Source of the DNA: Laetmonice hystrix
Taxonomy: Eukaryota
Direction: 5' to 3'
Length of the DNA: 64,000 nucleotides
NCBI GenBank assembly: GCA_965235115.1
Contig: OZ249437.1
Span: 22,072,001-22,136,000 of the forward strand
Part shown: piece by piece, positions 48,001-60,000 of the stretch
Layout: each line of letters starts with the position of its first letter
Position numbering within the stretch: position 1 is the stretch's first letter
The notes under the pieces: generated by a model
Databases searched by the model: none
Told to the model about the DNA's origin: nothing
Seen by the model: only the letters and a program-made list of their open reading frames with translations
Program-made: the position numbers and the translations under genes

Positions 48001-51000
48001 TCTATCCTAGACACAGCCCTTGGCAGTCAGCCTGACTTTGTTATTTTTGTTCTATCCTAGACACAGCCCTTGGCAGTCAGCCTGACTTTGTTATTTTTGT
48101 TCTATCCTAGACACAGCCCTTGGCAGTCAGCCTGACTTTGTTATTTTTGTTCCATCCTAGACACAGCCCTTGGCAGTCAGCCTGACTTTGTTATTTTTGT
48201 TCTATCCTAGACACAGCCCTTGGCAGTCAGCCTGACTTTTTATTTTTGTTCTATCCTAGACACAGCCCTTGGCAGTCAGCCTGACTTTGTTATTTTTGTT
48301 CTATCCTAGACACAGCCCTTGGCAGTCAGCCTGACTTTGTTATTTTTGTTCTATCCTAGACACAGCCCTTGGCAGTCAGCCTGACTTTGTTATTTTTGTT
48401 CTATCCTAGACACAGCCCTTGGCAGTCAGCCTGACTTTGTTATTTTTGTTCTATCCTAGACACAGCCCTTGGCAGTCAGCCTGACTTGGTTATTTTTACT
48501 CTATCCTAGACACAGCCCTTGGCAGTCAGCCTGACTCTCTGTCACGCCATGTCTAGATGCAGTGTGACATGTTCAAAATATACTGTTGCTTCTAGTAGTA
48601 GAATACTGTGTGACCACTTCTCATACTGAAGATGGCTTGTCGACATAGGGAGGGTATATAATATCAAGCATCCACTCACCATCAAGTGCAATGGCACATA
48701 AATTTTTCAAACTAGTAAACTACATTTTAAATAAAAAGTCCACAAGAAGAAGTTATGATCACATCTAAATGTCTTAATGTGCCTTGTGCATTTTGAAAAA
48801 TAGTCAAGTACTGGGGTACATAGGAATTATTCAAGTCATAATGCTTCAGTAGTTGGTATGCATGTTTAGAGGCCATCTGGTAGGGAAGTAAATGTAAATT
48901 TACTGAGGAGTTACATCTCCAAGATTGTAGTCTGCTTTTCTTACAACCTTATTTTGGAAATCTGATACATTTCAGAAAAAAGAGCTCACTCTTCAAGTGA
49001 TATCGATTTGTTCCGTTGGAAAGGTCAAGCATTGTTATTTTCTGGATGTCACGTTTGAGATTTGGGGGATATAGAAATTAGTGTAAAAATGGGATTAACA
49101 TTATAATCAATCCAATTCTTGGTGACGCCCGGTACCTTGAAACTCTGGGAGACTTCACCTAGCCCGACCAGATTGTGGGATCATCGTTTGTTGACAAGGA
49201 ATGTATGCTTGGTTGAGATTTCAAACATGTATGGTTTGCGATGGCATTCACAGCTCTTTCTCACCTATTTTGTTGTATTTTTGTTTCTTTCTTATTTTAG
49301 TGAAGGCGGTGTCATTGCGGTGTGGGTACATAAATCTTTCTGTAGTGAGCTGTCTGGCCTTGTTTTACAAACCAAAGCAAGTGGTTTGTGTGGTATGATT
49401 GATGAAATGTGTGGCAGTGCATTCGGATTAAAGCATCATAAGTTAGAAAAGACGAGAGAACCTTCTTAAGGCATTGCATGGCAGATGCATGTGGACTCTA
49501 CTGCACGTTCTCTGAAGCAGTTTCATCAGAGTATTGTACAAATTGAGAAACCTTGACATTGAACAAAGTCAGAATATCTGGTAATAAATTGTTGGTTCGG
49601 ATGTTAGTGCCAAGACATGAAGAACTTCAATTTGACATTCAGGTTTGATCTGCTGTTATTTCAGTCTATTGAAGTCTCTAGAAGTAGACTGACAAAAACC
49701 AGACTGTTCTAGAACTTTTCTCTGTGGCACAATACATATCCAGTCACCAGTCGGACTTGTTCAGGCCATATAGAGGTGAATTAGACTTTCTTCAACAGGC
49801 AATCTTTGAACACAACTTTACAAGATTTCTAAATGTTTCCCTGCCATGAATTACAATGATATTTTTATGGCACAGATACTCAACCAGTTATATAGTTACC
49901 CCCCCCCCCCCCACCCCGTCAATAATTCGTCAGGATCCAGAGTTTAAGAATGCCAGCATGAGTATCCCATGCATGATAACGGCTGACGTCCCTGACGGTT
50001 AGCTCTGATACAGATCCAGGTCCAACGATCAGTCTGACCCTTGCACAGCTGCTCATATCTGGCTTGCCACTGTTTAGCCATATATTGTAAAGATAGACTG
50101 CAGTACTACAAGATCTTGCTTAAGCTGTGAAAGCTTAACGTTTCTGATTGGCAGCCAATCAGAAGCATTAAGCTTAAGCAAAATCTTAAGTTTTTATAAC
50201 TGGGCCCTGGGATCTGTTCCCATCTCTGATCATCAGGCCCAAATCCCCCCCCCCCCCCCCCCAGCAGCTATCTTTCCAGTGAAGCTACCTATCCAGTATT
50301 TACGTATCCATCTTTATATATCCTTGTTGATTGCCGGGTATATTTTCAGCCCAGTATATTTTCAGTGGTGAGGTTAAGAACTCTTGCCTAGAAGGCTGCA
50401 GGCTGCAGGAACAACCTTAATAGAGGGGCAAACGTTGGTAGCATTCCGACAAAATTAGGGGCATTAAACGTTTTGTTCTATGCCAGATAATAAAAGTATA
50501 AATACATGTATATCAAGAAAAGAGAATGGTGGATCAGAATTATCAGAGTTGAGAAAAGGTAGAAATTATCTGTCGTCGGTCTGATACAAGGAGCTGACAT
50601 GGAATCCCATAGCGACTGGTAGATTTAAGTTCTGGTAATGTGTGGGTCTGATGTGTGAATGGTCTGGGGGCACAGATGTCTCTCATGTACAAAGAGTACA
50701 AAAATTAGTTCATGACTTGGTCTGTGACCTGGTCCATGACTTGTGACATCTGCTGCTCTGCCACCTTGCACATTAATGTAGCATACATATAAATTAACCA
50801 TCTAACACTAGGAGTAGCTTAAAGTACTTAACTAAAGTGGATTTACTTAACGAAAGTGGATTTTAGTTGTGTAAGTGCACTAAATAATGGAAACCAATCA
50901 CTTGATCCAAGATGACATCCACTACCCCACCCCCCCACCCCCAAACAAAAAAAGAGTGATGAAAAGATCGAAGTTTCTTGATGATTTCAGTAAGAATACT

Positions 51001-54000
51001 TTGTAACAGCAGTGCCTGCCTTATGAAATGAGCACGGGAGCAATCAATCACACCCGTATACATGTCAAGTTAGGGGAGCTAAAGGGGAGTGATACCGGAT
51101 GCTCCCTCCCGACTCGAAAATGAGGAAGGAAAATCATACCTGATGACGTTAAGCTTCCAGTGCATGGTTATTTACCCATGTATGAATCTTTATTCAGAGA
51201 ACCTACGGGAGAACGTAATAATATTGAGTTCTAGACAAATACAATATTTGTATGATACCATATTGTACTACAGTTACAACATTTGCTTGATATATTATCA
51301 TACAATGGCTGTCAATTAAAACTCAAGATGCCATATATCCTACTGTGGTTGTGGAGAAAAAGTCCAAAGGTACAGATCTATTTATATTAGATGATATTAT
51401 ACTGAAGGGACACGTTGATTTTAACTGAACCTTTTCATATGATTTTTCGTTCAGTACAGGTAGATAATATGTTGTCATAAATCAATTAGTTGAGATGGTC
51501 TCATGAAACTAGCGGATCTAAGACAATGAGTGCTACATTTTCCTTTCCTTTTATTGAAGGGGGCAAGAGCAAATCTGTGGAACTCGAGGACGTGAAGTTC
51601 CATCAGTGTGTGCGCCTGTCACGCTTTGAAAATGATCGCACCATTTCATTCATTCCTCCGGATGGCGAATTTGAGCTGATGTCCTACAGGCTCAACACAC
51701 ATGTGAGTACAACTTTTCACATTTAGTATAAACAACCTGAACCATTAGCCTGGAGGCATTGTGGGGCTTAGAGGCATTGTGGGGCCTAGAGGCATTGTCG
51801 GCTTGGAGGCATTGTGGGGCCGGAGGCATTGTGGGGCCCGGAGGCAGTGTGGGGCCCAGAGGCAGTGTGGGGCCCGGAGGCAGTGTGGGGCCCGGAGGCA
51901 GTATGGGGCCCGGAGGCAGTGTAGGGCCCAGAGGCAGTGTGGGGCCAGGAGGCATTGTCGGCTTGGAGGCATTGTGGGGCCCGGAGGCAGTGTGGGGCCA
52001 GGAGGCAGTGTGGGGCCAGGAGGCAGTGTGGGGCCAGGAGGCAGTGTGGGGCCAGGAGGCAGTGTGGGGCCAGCAGGCAGTGTGGGGCCAGCAGGCAGTG
52101 TGGGGCCCGGAGGCAGTGTGGGGCCCGGAGGCATTGTGGGGCTTAGAGGCATTGTGGGGCCTAGAGGCATTGTCGGCTTGGAGGCATTGTGGGGCCGGAG
52201 GCATTGTGGGGCCCGGAGGCAGTGTGGGGCCTAGAGGCAGTGTGGGGCCCGGAGGCAGTGTGGGGCCCGGAGGCAGTGTGGGGCCCGGAGGCAGTGTAGG
52301 GCCCAGAGGCAGTGTGGGGCCAGGAGGCATTGTCGGCTTGGAGGCATTGTGGGGCCCGGAGGCAGTGTGGGGCCAGGAGGCAGTGTGGGGCCAGGAGGCA
52401 GTGTGGGGCCAGCAGGCAGTGTGGGGCCAGCAGGCAGTGTGGGGCCAGCAGGCAGTGTGGGGCCAGCAGGCAGTGTGGGGCCCGGAGGCAGTGTGGGGCC
52501 CGGAGGCAGTGTGGGGCCAGGAGGCAGTGTGGGGCCAGGAGGCAGTGTGGGGCCAGGAGGCAGTGTGGGGCCAGGAGGCAGTGTGGGGCCAGGAGGCAGT
52601 GTGGGGCCAGGAGGCAGTGTGGGGCCAGGAGGCAGTGTGGGGCAGGAGGCAGTGTGGGGCCCGGAGGCAGTGTGGGGCCCGGGGGCAGTGTGGGGTATGA
52701 TGAAGTCACACACAGGTGGGTACCACATTGTTCTGACTTATGCTGAGGCTACACACAGATGTGTACTATTGTTTTGATATATGGTGAAGTCGCATATTGT
52801 TTTGCGTGTTTTAACACATGGTCATGTATCGTAATATGTTACAGGTAAAACCTTTGATATGGGTTGAGTCAGTCATCGAGCGCCACCAACACAGTAGAGT
52901 GGAGTACATGATTAAGGTAAGTACCGACAAACTGAAGTCTGTAGCTCAAATACCATCTACCAATGGTTTCAGATGTAAACAAATATCTAAACACTATCTA
53001 CTTTTGTAGTTTTAAAAATAAGGTTGTATGGATGAAGGGCCAGGTTTTATTTTAAGATCAAACCTGGTCTTGGAAGATCATATAAAGGTCTTATTTTAGT
53101 TGCAGAAATTTCATAGAAAACCAGAAAAAATTACTTGTTTGATTGAAATATAATTTATTCTGTCTTATCTAGGCTAAAAGTCAATTCAAAAGACGTTCCA
53201 CAGCAAACAATGTTGAGATAGTCATCCCTGTTCCACAAGATGCAGACTCACCGAAATTCAAGACAACAACCGGAAACTGCAAATATGCACCAGACCAGAA
53301 CGCAGTCATATGGACCATTAAATCATTCCCGGTTTGTATAGTTTCTTTGGTGTTTGTAGGGAGGGAAGGACTACTTGATGAGAGCTTGCTGTGGTCTGAC
53401 TGACCCTCACTGAGTGTGTTTGGTGTTTGTAGGGAGGGAAGGAGTACTTGATGAGAGCTTGCTGTGGTCTGACTGACCCTTGCTGAATGTGTTTGGTGTT
53501 TGTAGGGAGGGGAGGAGTACTTGATGAGAGCTTGCTGTGGTCTGACGGACCCTGACCGAGTGTTTGGTGGGAGGGAAGGAGTACTTGATGAGAGCTTGCT
53601 GTGGTCTGATTGACCCTCACTGAGTGTGTTTGGTGTTTGTAGGGAGGGAAGGAGTACTTGATGAGAGCTTGCTGTGGTCTGACTGACCCTCACTGAGTGT
53701 GTTTGGTGTTTGTAGGGAGGGAAGGAGTACTTGATGAGAGCTTGCTGTGAACAAGAAGTTCTTTCAAAGTTTGAACATACCGTCGTTTGTATTTTCGTTT
53801 CTTTTACATTGCAACTCCTCGCATCGAGGTAAAAAACCATCAGCTTTCGCCGGTCGTGCGGATCACCCGTTCTCTCGCGAGATCTCCCTCCCGAGATCAA
53901 ACTGTGGTGTCGCGGTATATTTAGACTTACTAAAACTAAACTAAGTCTCTCAGTTGGTTCCAGAACACTCCTCGCCTGGTTTTAGGATAAAATCACTACT

Positions 54001-57000
54001 AGTGAGTCTTGTGGCTGTAGAATGTCTCTGTCCACATATTGTCTATAACAATACTCGTTAACTAAACTACTGTAATCTCTACAGTCCAATGTTAGGAACT
54101 AAAATTGTGGACGAGTTATGAATGATAAGGTTATTAATGCAGGTCTTCGTTTTGAAGCAGCAACACAAGTTCGGTAACAGGGCGAGCGTAGACCCGCTTG
54201 ACGCCATCCCGCGCTGTCTGAACGCGGACCTTGCGGACCTGTTTGTCACTGCTGGGTAAAGTTTCAATGACACGTGCGTAGGGCCAGTCATTGCGATGGG
54301 TGGTGTCCTTGAGGAGCACAAGGTCACCCACTTGCAGATTGCGCTGATGGGCCTGCCAGCGCTTTCGCGGTTGGAGTGTAGGCAGGTACTCCTTCCGCCA
54401 GCGGCTCCAGAATAATTGAGCAAGATGTTGGACCCGTCGCCACTGGCGTCCACAGGCGTTTGCTGCATGAGTGAAGTCTCCTGGGGGTGGCCCTATAGGG
54501 CTGGACTTCATGGTAAGTATAGCGGCTGGCGAAAGAACTTCAGGGCTGTCTGGGTCCGATGACACTGCGACCAGAGGCCGACAGTTGATAATGGCTGACA
54601 CCTCAGCCATGAATGTGGAAAGAAGTTCATGCGTTAGTGGCACCTTCGTTTCTCGGAGAATGGAGTCCAGGATGCGTCTACTCACACCGATAAGGCGCTC
54701 CCAAGCACCTCCCATATGCGATGCATGGGGCACGTTGAACTTCCACTGCATGCTGTTCTGTGTGAGATAGGTCTCTAGAGTAGTCTTGTCCATTTCCCTT
54801 AGCGCCTCATTCAGCTCTCTTGAGGCTCCAATGAAATTGGTGCCACAGTCAGAGTAACAGCATTTCACCTGGCCACGTATGGCCATGAACCGGCGAAGGG
54901 CGTTGAGAAATGATGAAGTAGTGAGTTCTTCAATCAATTCAATGTGGACAGCCCTCGTGGCCATGCATGTGAACAACACTGCCCACCGTTTACTATGGCC
55001 TCCAGTGCTGCGTGTCCGCCGAGTAGAAACGGTCCAGGGGCCAAACACATCTAGGCCGACATGGGTGAAGGGTGGTGAAGGCGTGGTCCTTTCTGGTGGG
55101 AGATCTGCCATGCGTTGTGTTGTGTGGACTGCTCGCAGCTTCCGGCAGGTCACACACTTGTTCAAGATGTCAGATATTAAACGTTTTCCTCCCACGATCC
55201 AGTAGCCCTGCGTGCGGACAGCTCCGGCCGTAATCTGACGTCCCTGGTGACGCACATTCTGATGCACGTTGCGCACAATCAAGGTTGCGATGTACTGGCG
55301 TTTGTGTAGTAGAATGGGGTGTTTCTCCTTGTCCTCTAGGTCTGAGAGATCAAGGCGGCCACCAACTCTCATGACTCCGTACTTGTCTAGAAAGGGGCTC
55401 AGTTTGTAGAGGGTGCTTCCCTGGGAAACTTTACCATAGCGTTGCAGATGTTGGATGTCTGACTTGAAGTCGTCCTGTTGTGCTGTCTTGATTATCAGTA
55501 ACGCGGCACCTTCCATGGTCTCAACTAACCACTCGCTACGGGGACTGACATGCAGCTGGTTGGGCGTAGTCTTGGAAGACTTGTAGAGACGAATAAAGTG
55601 CATCAGCATGGCGATGGCTTTCACGAGTGAGCTCCAGCTTGAGAAGCGAGTGAAACGTTTTGAACCAAGATGTTCCTCGGCCTGAGCTGTGACCGTTGCT
55701 GCAGTGCGAACTTCAGGGTCATCCTGTGGAGTCACATAGGGTAGGCTGGTGCACATGTTTACCTGTGAGGCATGCAGAAATCTGGGGCCTTGCAACCATG
55801 AAGAGTTCATCAATTCGTGTGCCTTGACGGAGCGTGTTGCCAGGTCTGCCGGATTGACATCCGTTGAGACGTAGTGCCACTGGGGGGGTGTGCTGGTTTT
55901 GCGAATACGTTGCACCCTATTCGCAACATAGACATAGAATCGTCTGGACTCGTTTTGTACGTAGCCCAGCACCACCTTGCTATCCGTGTAGTAGCTGACT
56001 GACGTAAGTTGTATGTCCAACTCGTCAAGAACGGTGTCCGCCAGTTCCACTGCTAGAACTGCTGCGCACAGTTCCATGCGGGGAATTGTTATGGGCTGAG
56101 CTGGTGACAGCTTAGCTTTCCCAGCCACAAACTGGACTGTGACCCTGTCTTTGTCGTCGCATAGGCGTAGGTATCCACAGGCTGCGATTGCTTCTGTAGA
56201 TGCGTCACAGAAGACATGTAGCTCACGATGAGAGTTGAGTGACATGGGATGTTTGCAGTAGGCTCGTGGAACGTAAACCTCGGCGAGGTCCACGAGAGAG
56301 GTGCACCACCTTTCCCAGCGCTCCCTGAACTTGTCCGGCAATGGCTCGTCCCAGTCGAGTGGCTTGCCATCTGGTCCAGCTGTCGTCATCTGGCGCAAGA
56401 GAATTTTTCCCTTGATGATCACCGGCGCGGCCAAGCCGAGAGGGTCGAAAATACCATTTACCAGGGATAGAACGCCTCGCCTTGTGTAGCATTTGTTGAT
56501 GTCAGGCGCTTTGAAGACGATTTGATCGCTATGAAGATCCCAATACACACCAAGTGAGCTCTGTATTGGAAGGGTGTCAGCACTAAGGTCCAGGCTCCGT
56601 AGGCTGGGTGCATGTTCAGACTGCGGAAAGTGCGACATTACTTCCATGCTGTTTGAGGCTATTTTGTGAAGATGAAGGTTGGCTGTTGCCAGCATCTCCC
56701 TGGTACGCGTCAGGAGATCTATGGCCTTTTCTGCTGTGGGAAGACTTGTCAGCCCATCGTCGACATAGAAGTTGTGCTCCACAAACTGTCGTGCGTCCGC
56801 GCCGAACTTGCTTTCATTGAGCTCCGCGGTCTTGCGCAATCCATAGGCTGCGATGGCAGGGCTTGGACGATTGCCAAAAACATGGACCTTCATACGGTGC
56901 TCACAAACCTCCTTATCAGGGTTGTTGTCCTTGAACCATAGGAATCTTAGCCAGTCGCGATGGTCCTCTTGTACATAGAAGCAGTAGAACATGTGTTCCA

Positions 57001-60000
57001 CATCGGCCATGATCCCAACAGGCTCCTGGCGGAATCTGAGGAGTACTCCAAAGAGCGAGTTGTACATGTCTGGACCTGTAAGGAGTGCCTGGTTGAGTGA
57101 TTTTCCATTCCAGGTGGCGCTGCTGTCAAAGACTATACGTAGGTCTTTAGGTTTGCGGGGGTGGAACACGCCAAAATGAGGAAGGTACCACCGAGGGCGA
57201 GACTCTCCAGTGTTGGAACCTGGTTTGATGGCTTCAGCATGATCCCTTGCGAGCAGCTTGCCCATGCATTCCACATACCGCTGCTTCAGTGCTGGATTTT
57301 TATTGAAGAGCTTGCAAAGACACTTGAGACGATTCATTGCCATGCACCTGTTGTTCTCCAGGGAGACGGTGTGTTTGAAGGGTAGAGGGGCGACCCAGTA
57401 TCCTCTGTCATCCTTGACAAACACATCCCGCATGATTGTCATGAATTGTCGGTCCTCGTTCGACAGACCAGGTTTATCATCATTCTTTGTTTTGATGAAT
57501 ACATCTCGGCCTATGCTGTCTTCTGTTTTGCAGCTACTGTTAATGTCTGGCAGAGTGCCGGATAGCGAGTGTGAGTCAGTGACAGCATCATCGCGTAGAA
57601 GGATGCGATTGGAACAAGGAGAACAGAGAGATGGTCTCCCATTGTCAACAATGTGGGTCCGGTAGACGTCGATTTTGTCAGGCTTGTGCATTCCCTTGAG
57701 GCAGATGTCCCCCACAATGACCCAGCCGAGATCAGTACGTTGTGCCCACGGAGCATTTGCTGGTCCATTACGCGACTCCCTAACTTTAAGAAGTTGTGGT
57801 GCATCCCTGCCGATGAGTAGCATGATTTCCGCCTCTGCGCGGTAAGGTGGGATTTTAGTTGCGATTGGGCGCATGTGACTGTAGATTTTAGCGACATCAG
57901 CAGTGGGAATCTCAGACCGGTTGCTAGGGATAACGTTACATTCTGTGATTGTCGGAAGCGGCAACTGCGTGGTGCCATCGATGGACTCAATGACCAGATC
58001 ATTTATACGCCTCCCTAGTGCAGCACTTGAGCCCGCACATGTTCGCAGTTCATAAGGGATAGGCTCATTGCGACAGTTAAAGTAACTAAAGAGTTTACTG
58101 CTGGCGAGGGAACGGTTGGACTGGTCGTCCAGTACTGCATACATGGTGAGGACTTTGGTTGGGTTTTTGGCACTGTAGACATTGACTAGACATATTTTGG
58201 AGCATGACCTGTTGCCAAACCCACTCTTGGCACAGATCTTGGTGCAATTGTTGACAATCTTCACTGGCTCCCCGCCGTAGACTTGGCGGGACCCAGATGC
58301 TTGAGTTTTACCTTGAGAGCATGGGTGAAGCACCGAGCAGTGCTCAGTACTGTGGCAGTCAGAACACTGTATGCGCTCGTTGCAGTCGGCAGTTACATGT
58401 TGAGTTGATGCTGTACACCTGTTGCAAATTCCCCACTGGGTGAGAAGTTGCATCCTGGTATCAATGGACTTTGCTTTAAAGGCTCTGCAGTCAGCTAGCA
58501 GGTGATTTTTAGTGTTATGGAGCATGCAAGCTTGCCTTGGGTCCATCAATGACTGCGTGCTGTGTGAACCGTACCTTTCCGGTTTCCTTTGTGAAGTGTC
58601 ATTAGATGCACTGGGTCTCACGTTCGTCTTGTTGACCCGAACTGTACCATAGGTTGGTCGTGTGCCTCTAGTTGGACGATACACGTTGCTTGGAGCAAAC
58701 CGGGGTGCTTTTGTTGTAATTGGAGTGATTTGCAGGCTCAGGTCATTCCAGATATTGGATAATCGTCTGAGAAAGGCTGCTAACTCAGAAAATGGGGGAA
58801 AGCTTCCTCTATACAACTCCTTATACTTGAAGGCTTCGGCCCTCCAATTGTCCACTACAGGCAGTGGAAGTTTGGCTACGATAGGTTTAATAAACTGAGG
58901 CGTATCCAACGCTGCAAGTCCACCAAGAGAACCATCATTTTTAGCTGCTTCCACTTCCTCGACTATGTCGCTAAATCTCTGCAAGCCTGGCCCATCCCGT
59001 GATGCCACAGTAGGTAGTTGCTCCAGCTTCCGGATGAGTGCTTGCGTTACAGCTTCATCACTACCGAAGCGCTGGTATAGACGTCCCCATGCTTCACTTA
59101 GACCTTTGTCCGGATTGGCTATGTATGCCCTACTAAGCCGCTTCACCATCTGTTGAGCCTCAGACCCCTCAGCCATGTGCTCAGCCATCAGATTTAACTG
59201 TTCATCTGAAGAGAGTGGAACATTTTTTATCATGTTGCAGAAGGATAATCTCCAAATCCTGAAGTCCTCTGCTTTGTCCTCAAATTTAAAGATTTTAGAA
59301 GATACCAAGTCTTGCCATAGTAAATACTCGCCAAGGTTTTTTATGGACGAAACCATAGCTGCACTTCCCTCGCCTTCCACTCGTTGCATTTCATGTGGGT
59401 AGGCAGATGATGAGAGACGTGGCGAAACTTGGCCTGTAGTCGGCTGAGTGCGAAACTGGTCAGCTGCTGGGTATGGTTGATGACCAATCCCTGGAGCAGT
59501 CATGGGTGGCATGGTCGGCGACATGGCGTTACCCTGACGTGGCATACTTGAGACAACTGAAGGTTGTGTTATAGGTGGGTACACAGATGATGAGAGACGT
59601 GGCGAGACGTGGCCTGCAGTCGGCTGAGTGCGAAACTGGTCAGCTGCTGGGTATGGTTGATGACCAATCCCTGGTGCAGTCATGGGTGACATGGTTGGCG
59701 ACATGGCGTTACCCTGACGTGGCATACTTGAGACAACTGAAGGTTGTGTTATAGGTGGGTACACAGATGATGAGAGACGTGGCGAGACGTGGCCTGCAGT
59801 CGGCTGAGTGCGAAACTGGTCAGCTGCTGGGTATGGTTGATGACCAATCCCTGGTGCAGTCATGGGTGACATGGTTGGCGACATGGCGTTACCCTGACGT
59901 GGCATACTTGAGACAACTGAAGTTTGTGTGGTTGACATACCTGTGGCAAGTGACAACTTCTGTGGAGATTCATGACATGGGCTGTGATAATGCTCATTCA

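Noticed and set aside
47990-48540. 50-bp array with acceptor-like TTCTATCCTAG as a hidden AP1M1 exon
   Set aside because: AP1M1 exons 6 and 7 join in frame to give the expected protein; no matching donor or homology.
51692-52777. Collagen-like (GPG-GSV)n and PPGPTL ORFs
   Set aside because: An 18-bp GC-rich minisatellite inside AP1M1 intron 7, open in many frames on both strands, with no signal peptide or splice support.
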